A stretch of 64,000 nucleotides of DNA from assembly GCA_029858205.1 (NCBI GenBank), contig JAOUFM010000003.1:210936-274935 (forward strand). The letters run 5' to 3'. This DNA is from Deltaproteobacteria bacterium. GTDB lineage: Bacteria > Desulfobacterota > GWC2-55-46 > DRQE01. The translations under genes were made by a program, and so were the position numbers. The notes beneath the pieces are model-generated. The model was not told the DNA's origin and ran no database searches. It saw nothing but the letters and a program-made list of their open reading frames with translations. Below, piece after piece: positions 38,218 to 47,822 of the stretch. Position 1 is the stretch's first letter. The number at the start of each line of letters is the position of its first letter.

Positions 38218-39909
38218 TTACTTACTACTTCTTGCGACCTTAACCGGATATGCCGCTTTTTCGATATCTTCAAAAGCAAGTTTCTCACCCTTCCTGATTT
38301 TTTCCCCAAGAGATCTATAATAATCCGCTTTTTTCAGCATCCCCGAAGCCGTATATAACTTCCCGAGCTTAAAAAAAGCATCAAAATGCACGCCCCTGTC
38401 AAGCGCCAGCATCGTCTTGTAATCTACAGCAGCCTTTTCGAAATCACCTTTGGCCACATAAGCATCGCCTCTCAACATATAATCTCCCGGAATTAATGCC
38501 GTCGGGCTCAAACCTGCATCGTAGGCCGCAATTGCCGCTTCATATTGCCCTCGCAAATAAAAATAACCTCCGATTTTTATAAGCGCAAGCTGCTTCATGT
38601 CCGCCGCTACAGCGAATTTATACTGGTGCATCCACATTGCACCGTCATCGCGCCATACCTCTATCTGCGCCGACGCCTGCACGCTCAAAAGAACCGTAAT
38701 AAAAACAGCACCGACTACGGCAGATATTTTGACTATCATTTTGCGCCCGCCGCCAAGCAATACTCCAAGCACGCCTCCGGCAAGCAAAAACAAACCAATC
38801 GACGGAATATACATGTACCTGTCCGCTGCTATCTGCCCCCCGACCTGCACCAATCCTATCACCGGCAAAAGCGTCAAAACATAGTACGCCCACGCGGCAC
38901 CGATATACGGTCTTTTTTTCATCCACAAAACACACGCTGCGGTTACGGCCAGGAGCACAAGAAAAGACACTACCGTTTCCGACGAAAAGTACTTGAACTC
39001 CGCAGTTTGCTGATAAAACGGAAGGAGCGGCTCGGGATAAAACAACTTCTTGAGATAAAAAACCCAGCTTTGTATCGCATTGGCAATGCGCGTCTCGCCG
39101 GTCTTGTATTCAAGCGGCACAATGGCGGTACTTTGCGCCAAAACGGTTATAACCGACATAATCGCGCTAAGCGCGAGAAATGGGGCCTTTCTCACGGTTT
39201 CTCTGACCAGGCTCTTAAACGTATCGATTGTTCTGAGCGGATAAAAATCCAAAATCAACAAAACCACCGGCAGCGTCACGGCCATGGCCTTGCTCATAAG
39301 AGCCAGCGTAAATGCGCTCAATGACAAGGCATAAAACCACGCGGCGCGGTTCCCCTGCGCTCCTTTGTGCTCAAGATAGAATATAACGCTTAAAACAAAG
39401 AATATCGCCGAAAGTTGATCCTTTCGTTCGGATATCCAAGCAACGCTCTCTACATGCTGAGGATGAACGCCAAACAGCACTGCGCAAAAAACCGCTCCAA
39501 CAAGCCTTCTACCGTCGTTCTCGGCACCTGAAAATACTATGCCCAAAACCTTATACCCGCAAATCAACACCAGCATGGTTGCCAGTGAGTGCAGCATAAT
39601 ATTCGTTAGGTGATACCCCATGGGGTCCAGGCCCCATATTGCATAATCGAACTTATAAGACAGCATCGTAAGCGGATGCCAGTTATCCATATAAAACCGC
39701 GTAAACACGGTTTGCGTGAATTCCCACCAATCTTTTTTCAGCAAAGAATTACGGACAACATAGAAATTGTCGTCCCAATTCACAAAATCGAAGGTAATTG
39801 CCTTTAGATACAGCATGAACGTAAAAAGCCCTACGGCAAATGCCGCACCCGACACAACGTACTTTCTCGTGTCGTACCCGTTTTTATTGTTTTCATAAAT
39901 TCCAAACAT
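38218..39909 (-). CDS. TMTC-like GT-C glycosyltransferase with TPR repeats, paralog 2
   Basis: Same motifs ('NWHPLTMLSYKFDY', 'HPQHVESVAWISERKD'). Confidence 0.6.
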   Translation of the reverse strand: MFGIYENNKNGYDTRKYVVSGAAFAVGLFTFMLYLKAITFDFVNWDDNFYVVRNSLLKKDWWEFTQTVFTRFYMDNWHPLTMLSYKFDYAIWGLDPMGYHLTNIMLHSLATMLVLICGYKVLGIVFSGAENDGRRLVGAVFCAVLFGVHPQHVESVAWISERKDQLSAIFFVLSVIFYLEHKGAQGNRAAWFYALSLSAFTLALMSKAMAVTLPVVLLILDFYPLRTIDTFKSLVRETVRKAPFLALSAIMSVITVLAQSTAIVPLEYKTGETRIANAIQSWVFYLKKLFYPEPLLPFYQQTAEFKYFSSETVVSFLVLLAVTAACVLWMKKRPYIGAAWAYYVLTLLPVIGLVQVGGQIAADRYMYIPSIGLFLLAGGVLGVLLGGGRKMIVKISAVVGAVFITVLLSVQASAQIEVWRDDGAMWMHQYKFAVAADMKQLALIKIGGYFYLRGQYEAAIAAYDAGLSPTALIPGDYMLRGDAYVAKGDFEKAAVDYKTMLALDRGVHFDAFFKLGKLYTASGMLKKADYYRSLGEKIRKGEKLAFEDIEKAAYPVKVARSSK

Positions 39910-40276
39910 TGGCTTATCTATCTTTTTAATTTTTTAGCCACACACTTCCATAAACATCAGCGCCGCCACTGCAACTGCGCCAGGTTTGTACCTCTTCGTA
40001 CTCCAATCTCCACGCGTGCTACACGCTTAATCAAACCGCCATACGACCGGCCGTTACTTCGTTCGTTTAGCCTATCATGGGAAAATCATACGCTCGGGGG
40101 AACAGCCGCCGGATCACCAGACGCTTTTTTGTAAATAACAGCGGCCTTTTTATCGTTAAGCTTCGAACCAACAACGCTTAAATTGCAATACGGTTCCTTG
40201 TACTTCGTGACGAGCTATGGTGCCTTCTTAAAACCACCGCGCACATCGACATGACATACGATTTATACCCAAAAAC

Positions 40277-42043
40277 TCACAGCCCCTCGCCTTTGGACGC
40301 TGCCTTCACTTCTATCTGCACCGGACTTACCGACACCCAGAACTCCTTATCAGAAAGAACCTCGCCTCGTGAAAGACGCATATTAAGACTCTCGTAATAT
40401 CGCGCCTTTTTGTCATTACCTGCGCCTCGAAATAACAATGCAAGATATTCATACCCGAATGCAGCCCAGGCCTTGTTAAGCGCTACGGCTACCTTATAAT
40501 CCAAAATAGCCTTGTCAATTTCACCCTTTTTTTCGTATACAGGGGCTCTGACAGCATATAATATCCAGTTCTCCGGATTGGCATTTATCGCCATCGTCAG
40601 ATCGGCAATCGCTTCATCGACCCTTCCTATGGAAAACAAATGCATGGCACGTTTCGCAAGCGGCAAAGGGAACACTTTGCCATCGAAATGCTCTATCTGG
40701 TGTGTCCAAAGCGTATAAGAATCCTTCCATATCGATATCTGAAAAGATGTTTTAATCGTCATAAGAACCAATAGAGCCGCTACTGTGACCGCGATACCGG
40801 CTTTCACCGGTTTTGCATGAGGCAATAAGAACAATAGCGCTGCCATACCGGCGCCTGCAATCAAAAACAGACCTATGGATGGTATGTACATATACCTGTC
40901 GGCAGCGGCCTGCCCTCCGACCTGCAATATGCCTATTACAGGAAGAAGCGTCAAAACATAACTTGCCCAGACGGCAGCTACGTACGGTCGGCGGCGCAAC
41001 CAGACGATACTGATGGCCGTTATGCCCAGAGCGACTACAGCCGAAACAATAACAGATACGGAAAAAAACGAAATATTTGGCGTGGGAGCATAATACGGCA
41101 ACAAGACATCCGGAATAAGAGCTTTCCTGAGATAAAAAACATAGGCAGACAACGCATGCGCCAAACGCATGGACAACGGCTTGGATTCCAGGGTCAGCAT
41201 CCCGTGTTTTTGTATCAATATGGTAACAACAGAAACTGCCGCACTAAAAACAAAGAACGGGATCTTATTTATGATTTCGGCGACCAATGTTTTTAACGAC
41301 GAAATTCTCATCAATGGATAAAAATCAAGGATAAGAAGAACAACGGGTAGCGTTACGGCCATTGGCTTACTTAACAACGCAAGAACAAAAGCGAAAAGGG
41401 AAAGCACATAAAAAGTCTTTTTTCTCACCTCATCGACATGACGATACCTAAGATATAAAACCATGCTCGCCACAAAAAATAATGCCGAGAGAATATCCTT
41501 ACGCTCGGATACCCACGCCACACTTTCAACATGTAGCGGATGTACTCCAAAAAGAATGGCCGCTATCGATGCGGCCGCTATCACGGCCCTCCGTCTATTA
41601 TCTCCTTTGAAAACAACAAGAAAAATCCTGTAACCGAAGACAAACACCAAGCCCGTGGCAACCGTATGCAGTATCACATTGGTCAAATGATACCCCATGG
41701 GATCGTCACCCCAAAAAATGTAATCGATCTTATACGACATCATCGTCAACGGATGCCAGTTACTGGCAAAGGTATAAATAAAAACATCGTTTAGGAAATT
41801 CCATCCGGTTTTCTCAAACAGGACATTCCCGAGAATATACTGATTATCGTCCCAGTTGACAAAACCAAAGGTAATGGCCTTGAGGTAAACAATGAAGGTA
41901 ACAAACGCGCAAAGCAGGCAAGCTACATACGCCGCCGACCTCGCATCGAGCATTCTTCCTACGATTCCTGTGCGCGCCGTGTCGACGCTTTTTCCCATTA
42001 AATTATCATTTTGCATTTTCATCCAAGCAGCAAGAAGTTCCAT
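40277..42043 (-). CDS. TMTC-like GT-C glycosyltransferase with TPR repeats, paralog 3
   Basis: Same motifs ('NWHPLTMMSYKIDY', 'HPLHVESVAWVSERKD'). Confidence 0.6.
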   Translation of the reverse strand: MELLAAWMKMQNDNLMGKSVDTARTGIVGRMLDARSAAYVACLLCAFVTFIVYLKAITFGFVNWDDNQYILGNVLFEKTGWNFLNDVFIYTFASNWHPLTMMSYKIDYIFWGDDPMGYHLTNVILHTVATGLVFVFGYRIFLVVFKGDNRRRAVIAAASIAAILFGVHPLHVESVAWVSERKDILSALFFVASMVLYLRYRHVDEVRKKTFYVLSLFAFVLALLSKPMAVTLPVVLLILDFYPLMRISSLKTLVAEIINKIPFFVFSAAVSVVTILIQKHGMLTLESKPLSMRLAHALSAYVFYLRKALIPDVLLPYYAPTPNISFFSVSVIVSAVVALGITAISIVWLRRRPYVAAVWASYVLTLLPVIGILQVGGQAAADRYMYIPSIGLFLIAGAGMAALLFLLPHAKPVKAGIAVTVAALLVLMTIKTSFQISIWKDSYTLWTHQIEHFDGKVFPLPLAKRAMHLFSIGRVDEAIADLTMAINANPENWILYAVRAPVYEKKGEIDKAILDYKVAVALNKAWAAFGYEYLALLFRGAGNDKKARYYESLNMRLSRGEVLSDKEFWVSVSPVQIEVKAASKGEGL

Positions 42044-42104
42044 CGTTTGACTAAACCATGTTATTATGACATAATTCGAAGACTAAATACATGCTAAAAC
42101 TCCA

Positions 42105-42869
42105 ATGCTCCGTGAACAAAAAATAGCCGTTGTGCTTCCGGCATACAAGGCCGAAAAAACCCTCGAGGCAACGTACAGGGAAATCCCTCTCGACATCGTC
42201 GACGAGGTAATCCTCGTCGATGACGGCAGCGCGGACAAAACCGTGGCTGTCGCAAAAACTCTCGGCATAAGGCACGTCATTGTCCATGAAAAAAACATGG
42301 GCTACGGCGCAAACCAGAAAACCTGCTACAAGGCCGCCCTTTCCCTCGGCGCCGACATAGTGGTCATGGTGCACCCGGACTACCAGTACACGCCAAAACT
42401 CATCACCGCAATGGCCGCCATGATAGTGTCCGGACACTACGACGTGGTGCTGGGATCTAGGATTCTCGGCAAAAGCGCCATCAAAGGCGGCATGCCGGTC
42501 TACAAGTACATCGCCAACCGGTTTCTTACGTTTACAGAGAACCTGCTGCTTGGACTGAAACTGTCGGAATACCACACCGGGTACAGGGCTTTTTCAAAGG
42601 ACGTACTCCTTAAACTCCCGCTCACCGAGAATTCGAACGATTTCGTCTTCGACAACGAAATGCTGGCGCAGGCGGCCTTTTTCAACTTTCGCATCGGCGA
42701 GATAAGCTGCCCCACAAAATACTTCGACGAGGCATCGTCCATAAGTTTTTCAAGAAGCGTTATCTACGGCCTCGGCGTACTTTCGACATCCTTCAAGTTC
42801 TTTTTAAACCGCATCGGCGTAAAGCAATTCCCTATCTTTTCCGAAAACGGCCGCAGACTTTTATCTTAG
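42105..42869 (+). CDS. GT2 polyprenyl-phosphate glycosyl (mannosyl/glucosyl) transferase, Dpm1/GtrB-like
   Basis: 'IAVVLPAYKAEKTL...ILVDDGSADKT' DXD-type GT2, 254 aa, soluble. Confidence 0.75.
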   Translation: MLREQKIAVVLPAYKAEKTLEATYREIPLDIVDEVILVDDGSADKTVAVAKTLGIRHVIVHEKNMGYGANQKTCYKAALSLGADIVVMVHPDYQYTPKLITAMAAMIVSGHYDVVLGSRILGKSAIKGGMPVYKYIANRFLTFTENLLLGLKLSEYHTGYRAFSKDVLLKLPLTENSNDFVFDNEMLAQAAFFNFRIGEISCPTKYFDEASSISFSRSVIYGLGVLSTSFKFFLNRIGVKQFPIFSENGRRLLS

Positions 42870-42920
42870 CCGCCGGTGTTTTAGTTTGCCGCCTTGCCCG
42901 GCCTCTGCTACAATCGTTAA

Positions 42921-44354
42921 ATGACGCCGCTCCTTCTCTCTAAAATAATCGAAGAACTATGGCCACAACTCGACGGCTCACTTGTAAGTTCCGTGCACCA
43001 GCCCGACGACAAGACCGTGCTGCTAAGGCTCATGACGCGGCGCGGCCAGAGGACGCTACTTGTATCCACGCATCCTCTTTTTTCGCGCCTTAATCTATTT
43101 ACGGAAAAGCGCGAGAACCCGGCAACCCCGCCGCGCTTTTGCGCGCTTCTTAGGAGCAGGATAGAAGGACTAAGAATCACGGAAATACGCCAAAAACCAG
43201 ACGAACGCATAGCCAAAATCGCTCTCGGCGACAATGCCTTCACGCTCGTAATGGAGCTTACCGGGAAATCCTCGAACATCATTTTACTCGACAATAAAGG
43301 GGTTATTGTCGATGCGCTAAGAATCTTCGCGCCGGAGACGTCGGTGCGAGCTGTAATGCCAGGAATAACTCTTGCCGCTCTTCCCAAACAAGAGATATTA
43401 AAAGAGTCCGCACCGAAAATCGAACCAGCGGACAACGAAACATGGAACGAAGCAGTTGAAAAATATTTTTCCGCAGCCGAGGAAAAGGAGAGATTTTTAA
43501 CGCTCAAAAAAAAGCTTCTTGGCGCGATATCGGGCGCGGCAAAGCACGCAAAGCGAAAGCTCGAAAACAGGCTTAACGACAAAACTGCCGCCAACAAAGA
43601 CCTGCTATCCTCCAAAACAGGCGACATAATATCGGCCAACCTTCATAAACTCAAAAAAGGCATGCACGAGGCTTTGCTTGCCGATATATATTCGGATACT
43701 AATAACGAAGTCTTGGTAAAGCTCGACCCGACGCTCTCTGCCTCGGAAAACGCGGCCAAATACTATAAACGCGCCAAAAAAGCCGCAACCGCGCTAAAAC
43801 TTCTTGAAAGGAGCATCCCGGAGGTCGAGGCTGAGATTCTAAAACTTGAAAATCTTACCAAAGAATGCGCGGCAATAAACACCGAAAAAGACGCTCTGAC
43901 GCTGGAGAAAAAGCTCATCGCCGCCGGATACATGAAAAAGGAAGAAACTCCTGGCGTAAGGAAGAAAGAGGCCTCGCTGCCCATACGCCAGGAAAAGACC
44001 TCGGACGGTTTTACACTTCTTATAGGAAAGAGCTCGAAAGGAAACGACCTGCTTATAAAGGAATACGCATCTGACGAAGACCTATGGTTTCACGCAAAAG
44101 GGATTGCCGGAGCGCACGTTGTTCTGAAATCAAAGGGGCGCGCAAAGCCTCCGAGTGAAAAAGCCATCCACGAAGCAGCCGTAACCGCGGCCTCCTCCTC
44201 TAAGGCATCTGCGTCGACAAAGCTCGAGGTAATATGCGCAAGCGTAAGGCACGTAAAGAAGCCCAAGGGCGCAAAGCCCGGAATGGTTACTGTAACCGAA
44301 TACAAAACCCTTATAGTAAAACCGGACAGGGCTCAGATAAAATCGAAGAAATAA
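42921..44354 (+). CDS. rqcH: NFACT-family protein (RqcH/FbpA-like ribosome-quality-control factor, short form)
   Basis: N-terminal NFACT-N ('...VSSVHQPDDKTVLLRL'), coiled-coil middle, C-terminal NFACT-R/DUF814 'WFHAKGIAGAHVVLK'. Confidence 0.65.
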   Translation: MTPLLLSKIIEELWPQLDGSLVSSVHQPDDKTVLLRLMTRRGQRTLLVSTHPLFSRLNLFTEKRENPATPPRFCALLRSRIEGLRITEIRQKPDERIAKIALGDNAFTLVMELTGKSSNIILLDNKGVIVDALRIFAPETSVRAVMPGITLAALPKQEILKESAPKIEPADNETWNEAVEKYFSAAEEKERFLTLKKKLLGAISGAAKHAKRKLENRLNDKTAANKDLLSSKTGDIISANLHKLKKGMHEALLADIYSDTNNEVLVKLDPTLSASENAAKYYKRAKKAATALKLLERSIPEVEAEILKLENLTKECAAINTEKDALTLEKKLIAAGYMKKEETPGVRKKEASLPIRQEKTSDGFTLLIGKSSKGNDLLIKEYASDEDLWFHAKGIAGAHVVLKSKGRAKPPSEKAIHEAAVTAASSSKASASTKLEVICASVRHVKKPKGAKPGMVTVTEYKTLIVKPDRAQIKSKK

Positions 44355-46264
44355 CGCCAGGTAAGCGCGGCATCGGTTGAGTAGATGCCGAAGGTGCGCT
44401 CCCTTTTTACTTCCAGCATAAGAGAATTGTTTTGCGAAAGCTTGACGCTTTGCAAGAGCGCGGCCTCGTAGGTCTTATGCGTATCGCCAAAGGCAAAGCT
44501 CGTTGCCCGCACATATAGATGCGCCGAGTACCTGCCCGCCGGGCTTAAAAGAAACCCGAGGGTCGCTCCGCCGCCAAGGGCATAACTATCTTCGAGCCTG
44601 CCGCTGATATCGAACATGCCGTCAACTGTAACATACGGCCTAAGGGCGCCGAAACCGGCCACATACCCTGCCCCGGCAGAGGTCCTGTACACCAGGTGGT
44701 CGTCCTTGTCCGGGAATATCCGTTGAACAAACCCGGTCCTAACCTTCCAGGAAAGCGGCTTAAAGAATATGTCGCGCGGGGTTAACGAAAGAATATTTAA
44801 AAAGTCGAAGTACTCGAGCTCCCCGTTATTTCTCTCCGGATAATGCCTGGCGCCGAGGCTGAAAAACTCTATCTGTGAGCCGTCTATGAAGCCTTCCTTT
44901 GGGTCAAGGAGGTTATGGTACGCTGGACGAAGCCTTATCTCCTCGTAAAAACGGCCGGAATCAGTGCCAATGCCAAGCGAGAAACTTTTTGAACGGTGCC
45001 CTGCCTCGGGCCCGGCAGGCGTTGGCACCGAATACACGTTCTCGCTTTTTTCGGCAATCGTTCCGCGCGCCTTGAGGATAGCGAGAAAACGCCTCTGAAA
45101 CTCGCCCTTTTCCATCTTTTCCTTTGTATAACGGTACTGCGAATATTCCGCCGCAAGGTCGAGTATTTCTATCTTCTCGGTTGCCGGGATGCCAGACGAC
45201 AGCACGCTTTCCGGCTCTATCTCTTTTTTCGCCACGGCAATGGCCGTTTTGGAACCGCTGCGGCCAACAAGCGAAGCGACATGACGTATTTTGGAGGATC
45301 TCGACGGACGGTACTCGACCTCCTTTATTATGCCGGAATCGCGTATTTTTCTTAGCGTATCAACCGGAATAACGGAGAATCCGAAACCGTCTGTAAGCCT
45401 AAGCTCCGGCCTCGCGGCCTCCATAGCGAACATAATGGTGTATGAACAGTTCTCGTCGAAGAAATAATAATATGTATACAGGTCCTTCATCTCCCAGAGA
45501 TGATACACCATCATCCTCACCTCGGCCTCCGTGAGATCGAGTTTATATTCCCACATGTCGCGCTGGTCCATGTCGTTATACTCCTGCACCTTCGTATAAT
45601 ACGGCAGGATGGAATAAAAGCCCTGATAATAACCGAAGACGCCTTTAAAGGCGTAGATAAGGCCGTTTGTGTCGGTCGGGAGCGCGGCATAATTGGCCGC
45701 AAAGGACACGAGCTTACTTTCCTTATCCGAATCTATTCTCAAAAATGTATGGCCAAACATCGAAGCCGGCGCGTTTATATGAGCGGCCGAAAACACCAGG
45801 GCCGCGCTCTTGGGATTTATATTGCGCATGGCCTCGTTGAACATGGCGCAGTTTATCGCAGGCAGTTTCGATACATCGATGGAAAGTTCTTTTATAAGCC
45901 ACTCGTGTCTGGCAACGAATCGACACCTCGGGTTTGTTTTCTCATCGGTCGAGGCGTCGAAAAGCGCGTCTATGGTTGCGTTAAGCTCTACCTCCGGGTT
46001 TCTCTTGCCTCCGAGGGCAAGAAAAAAGAACGGGTCGTCAACAAGGCTCTCCACGCCGCCGCGCACGGGCTTATAGTGCAAAAGGACTTCCCATGTCCTG
46101 CTCTGGGCAAGCTTTTTCTCCGAAGCCGCCTTTTTAAGCTCTGCTGCGTATGGATTTTCGTCTGAAAAACAAACGGAAGGAAATATCAAAACAGCCAGAA
46201 TAAGGCAAAAAAAGAGGGATACGCGCCGTGAAAATATCGCGTATCCCCTGAGAAGATGCTTCAA
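44333..46264 (-). CDS. Secreted hypothetical protein (DUF4105-like)
   Basis: Signal peptide, then 'SRTWEVLLHYKP' which recalls the DUF4105/Lnb N-terminal family; 643 aa. Confidence 0.35.
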   Translation of the reverse strand: MKHLLRGYAIFSRRVSLFFCLILAVLIFPSVCFSDENPYAAELKKAASEKKLAQSRTWEVLLHYKPVRGGVESLVDDPFFFLALGGKRNPEVELNATIDALFDASTDEKTNPRCRFVARHEWLIKELSIDVSKLPAINCAMFNEAMRNINPKSAALVFSAAHINAPASMFGHTFLRIDSDKESKLVSFAANYAALPTDTNGLIYAFKGVFGYYQGFYSILPYYTKVQEYNDMDQRDMWEYKLDLTEAEVRMMVYHLWEMKDLYTYYYFFDENCSYTIMFAMEAARPELRLTDGFGFSVIPVDTLRKIRDSGIIKEVEYRPSRSSKIRHVASLVGRSGSKTAIAVAKKEIEPESVLSSGIPATEKIEILDLAAEYSQYRYTKEKMEKGEFQRRFLAILKARGTIAEKSENVYSVPTPAGPEAGHRSKSFSLGIGTDSGRFYEEIRLRPAYHNLLDPKEGFIDGSQIEFFSLGARHYPERNNGELEYFDFLNILSLTPRDIFFKPLSWKVRTGFVQRIFPDKDDHLVYRTSAGAGYVAGFGALRPYVTVDGMFDISGRLEDSYALGGGATLGFLLSPAGRYSAHLYVRATSFAFGDTHKTYEAALLQSVKLSQNNSLMLEVKRERTFGIYSTDAALTWRYFFDFI

Positions 46265-46286
46265 TGGTATCTGTTCCGTGCCTTAA

Positions 46287-46799
46287 TTAGCCCTTGGTAA
46301 CCGCAACGATGTTGTCGATTACGTCGGCAGCTTCAACGTTCTCGGAGGTGTAGATGTTCGAGAAGTTGGACTGAAGTGTTGCGAAGAACTCGCCTCTCTC
46401 TGCGGTCGGTACGTTCATAAGCTCCGCGAGTGTGGAAAGGCTCTCGCCCGAACCCATTGCGATGTCGGAAGCGAGGTTGTCCATGTTCGAGGCAACGAAG
46501 GTGTTGACCTCATTGGAGGCTATCTTGTCAGCCTTTTTGCAGTTCGAGGTGCCGGAGGTGATGCCAAAGGTGCCGTTGCCGCAGGTGCCGTTAAGAAGCG
46601 TCATCGCGAGCTGGGCAAGGAGTGAATCGTTATTCTGGATAAGGACCGCTCCGAGACCGCAACCCGTGTTGGACTGCGCTGCTGCATTTGCTGCCTTTGC
46701 GTCACTTGCCGACATACCGAATACAACTGCTGCTGCCGCTGCTGCTACCAAATACTTTTTCATGTGCCAAACCTCCTTAGATAGATTGTTTTGTGACAT
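46287..46799 (-). CDS. Secreted Ala/Gly-rich hypothetical protein (DUF3015-like?)
   Basis: Signal peptide 'MKKYLVAAAAAAVVFGMSASDAKA', 170 aa; cotranscribed with the DUF4105-like gene. Confidence 0.3.
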   Translation of the reverse strand: MSQNNLSKEVWHMKKYLVAAAAAAVVFGMSASDAKAANAAAQSNTGCGLGAVLIQNNDSLLAQLAMTLLNGTCGNGTFGITSGTSNCKKADKIASNEVNTFVASNMDNLASDIAMGSGESLSTLAELMNVPTAERGEFFATLQSNFSNIYTSENVEAADVIDNIVAVTKG

Positions 46800-46958
46800 G
46801 AAACCAACTGGTTAATTATAACTCTATGGGTTTTATTGTCAAGACGATAAATGAAAATTCTCGATTTCTTTTATATTACGGAACGTTAGGAACGGGTACA
46901 CGGCCTTTGGCCGTGGAAAATACCGCCCCTTGATGCTATACTATAATGACCGACCATA

Positions 46959-47822
46959 ATGACAACCATCAAAAAATACCCGGATTCCTCGGAACTGACC
47001 GTTCAAATGAAGGATACGTTGAAAAGCCGCCTGGCAAGCCTAAGGGACGGCGTGTCCGAGCACTCGTTTGCGAACCTATACCTTTTCAGAAAGATCCATA
47101 ACTATAAAATAAGCGCCCTTGAAGGCGACAACCTCATAATAACAGGCTCTGACCTCGGCAAAAAGTTCTTCATGCTGCCCTTCGAGCTGCCGGATAAAGG
47201 CACACTCGATAAGCTCTTCGAGAAGCACTTATCCATGAAATGCGTTTCAGAGGAAAAGGCAACGCGCCTAAGCCTGCTCGGCTACGCTATAAAAGAAGAC
47301 CGCGACAATTTCGACTACCTTTATAAGAGGGACGAGATGGCCTCGCTTGCCGGCAAGAAATACTATAAGAAGAAAAACCGGGTAAAAAAGTTCCTTTCCG
47401 AGCACTCGCCCGAGTGCCTGCCGCTAACCAATGACCGCATAAAGGACGCCCTCTCGGTGCTTGAGCTCTGGAAGGGCGAAAAGGACACTCTCGGGGACTA
47501 CGAGGCGGCAAAAGAAGGTCTCCTTCTTATGGAGGAACTATCCCTTTGCGGCGCGGTCTATTATATAAACAACAAGGCAGCAGCCTATACGCTTGGCGAA
47601 GAACTTCACGCTGGCGACACATTCGTCGTACACTTTGAAAAAGCAGCGCACAAGTACACGGGGATTTTTCAGTACGTTGCCCGGAGCTTTGCTTCACTTC
47701 TTCCGGAAAAATACGTCTACATAAACAGGGAGCAGGACCTGGGGCTTGAGGGGCTAAGACAGGCAAAGGAGAGCCTGAAGCCGGCTGCGTTCATAAAAAA
47801 ATACCGGGTATTTGCCAAATGA
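46959..47822 (+). CDS. DUF2156 / lysyl-PG-synthase C-domain-like protein (acyltransferase fold)
   Basis: 'EHSFANLYLFRKIHNYKI...KKYYKKKNRVKKF' pattern. Confidence 0.4.
   Translation: MTTIKKYPDSSELTVQMKDTLKSRLASLRDGVSEHSFANLYLFRKIHNYKISALEGDNLIITGSDLGKKFFMLPFELPDKGTLDKLFEKHLSMKCVSEEKATRLSLLGYAIKEDRDNFDYLYKRDEMASLAGKKYYKKKNRVKKFLSEHSPECLPLTNDRIKDALSVLELWKGEKDTLGDYEAAKEGLLLMEELSLCGAVYYINNKAAAYTLGEELHAGDTFVVHFEKAAHKYTGIFQYVARSFASLLPEKYVYINREQDLGLEGLRQAKESLKPAAFIKKYRVFAK

Noticed and set aside
38545-39324. 259-aa plus-strand ORF inside TMTC-like paralog 2
   Set aside because: It is antisense to a gene with conserved family motifs shared by three paralogs. Its translation is His/Arg/Gln-rich nonsense.
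45500-46165. 221-aa plus-strand ORF
   Set aside because: It is antisense to the secreted DUF4105-like gene and has no features.
46900-46940. Hairpin 'cacggcctttggccgtg' upstream of the DUF2156-like gene as a terminator
   Set aside because: The stem is short and is not followed by a U-tract. It lies in a divergent promoter region and is more likely incidental.
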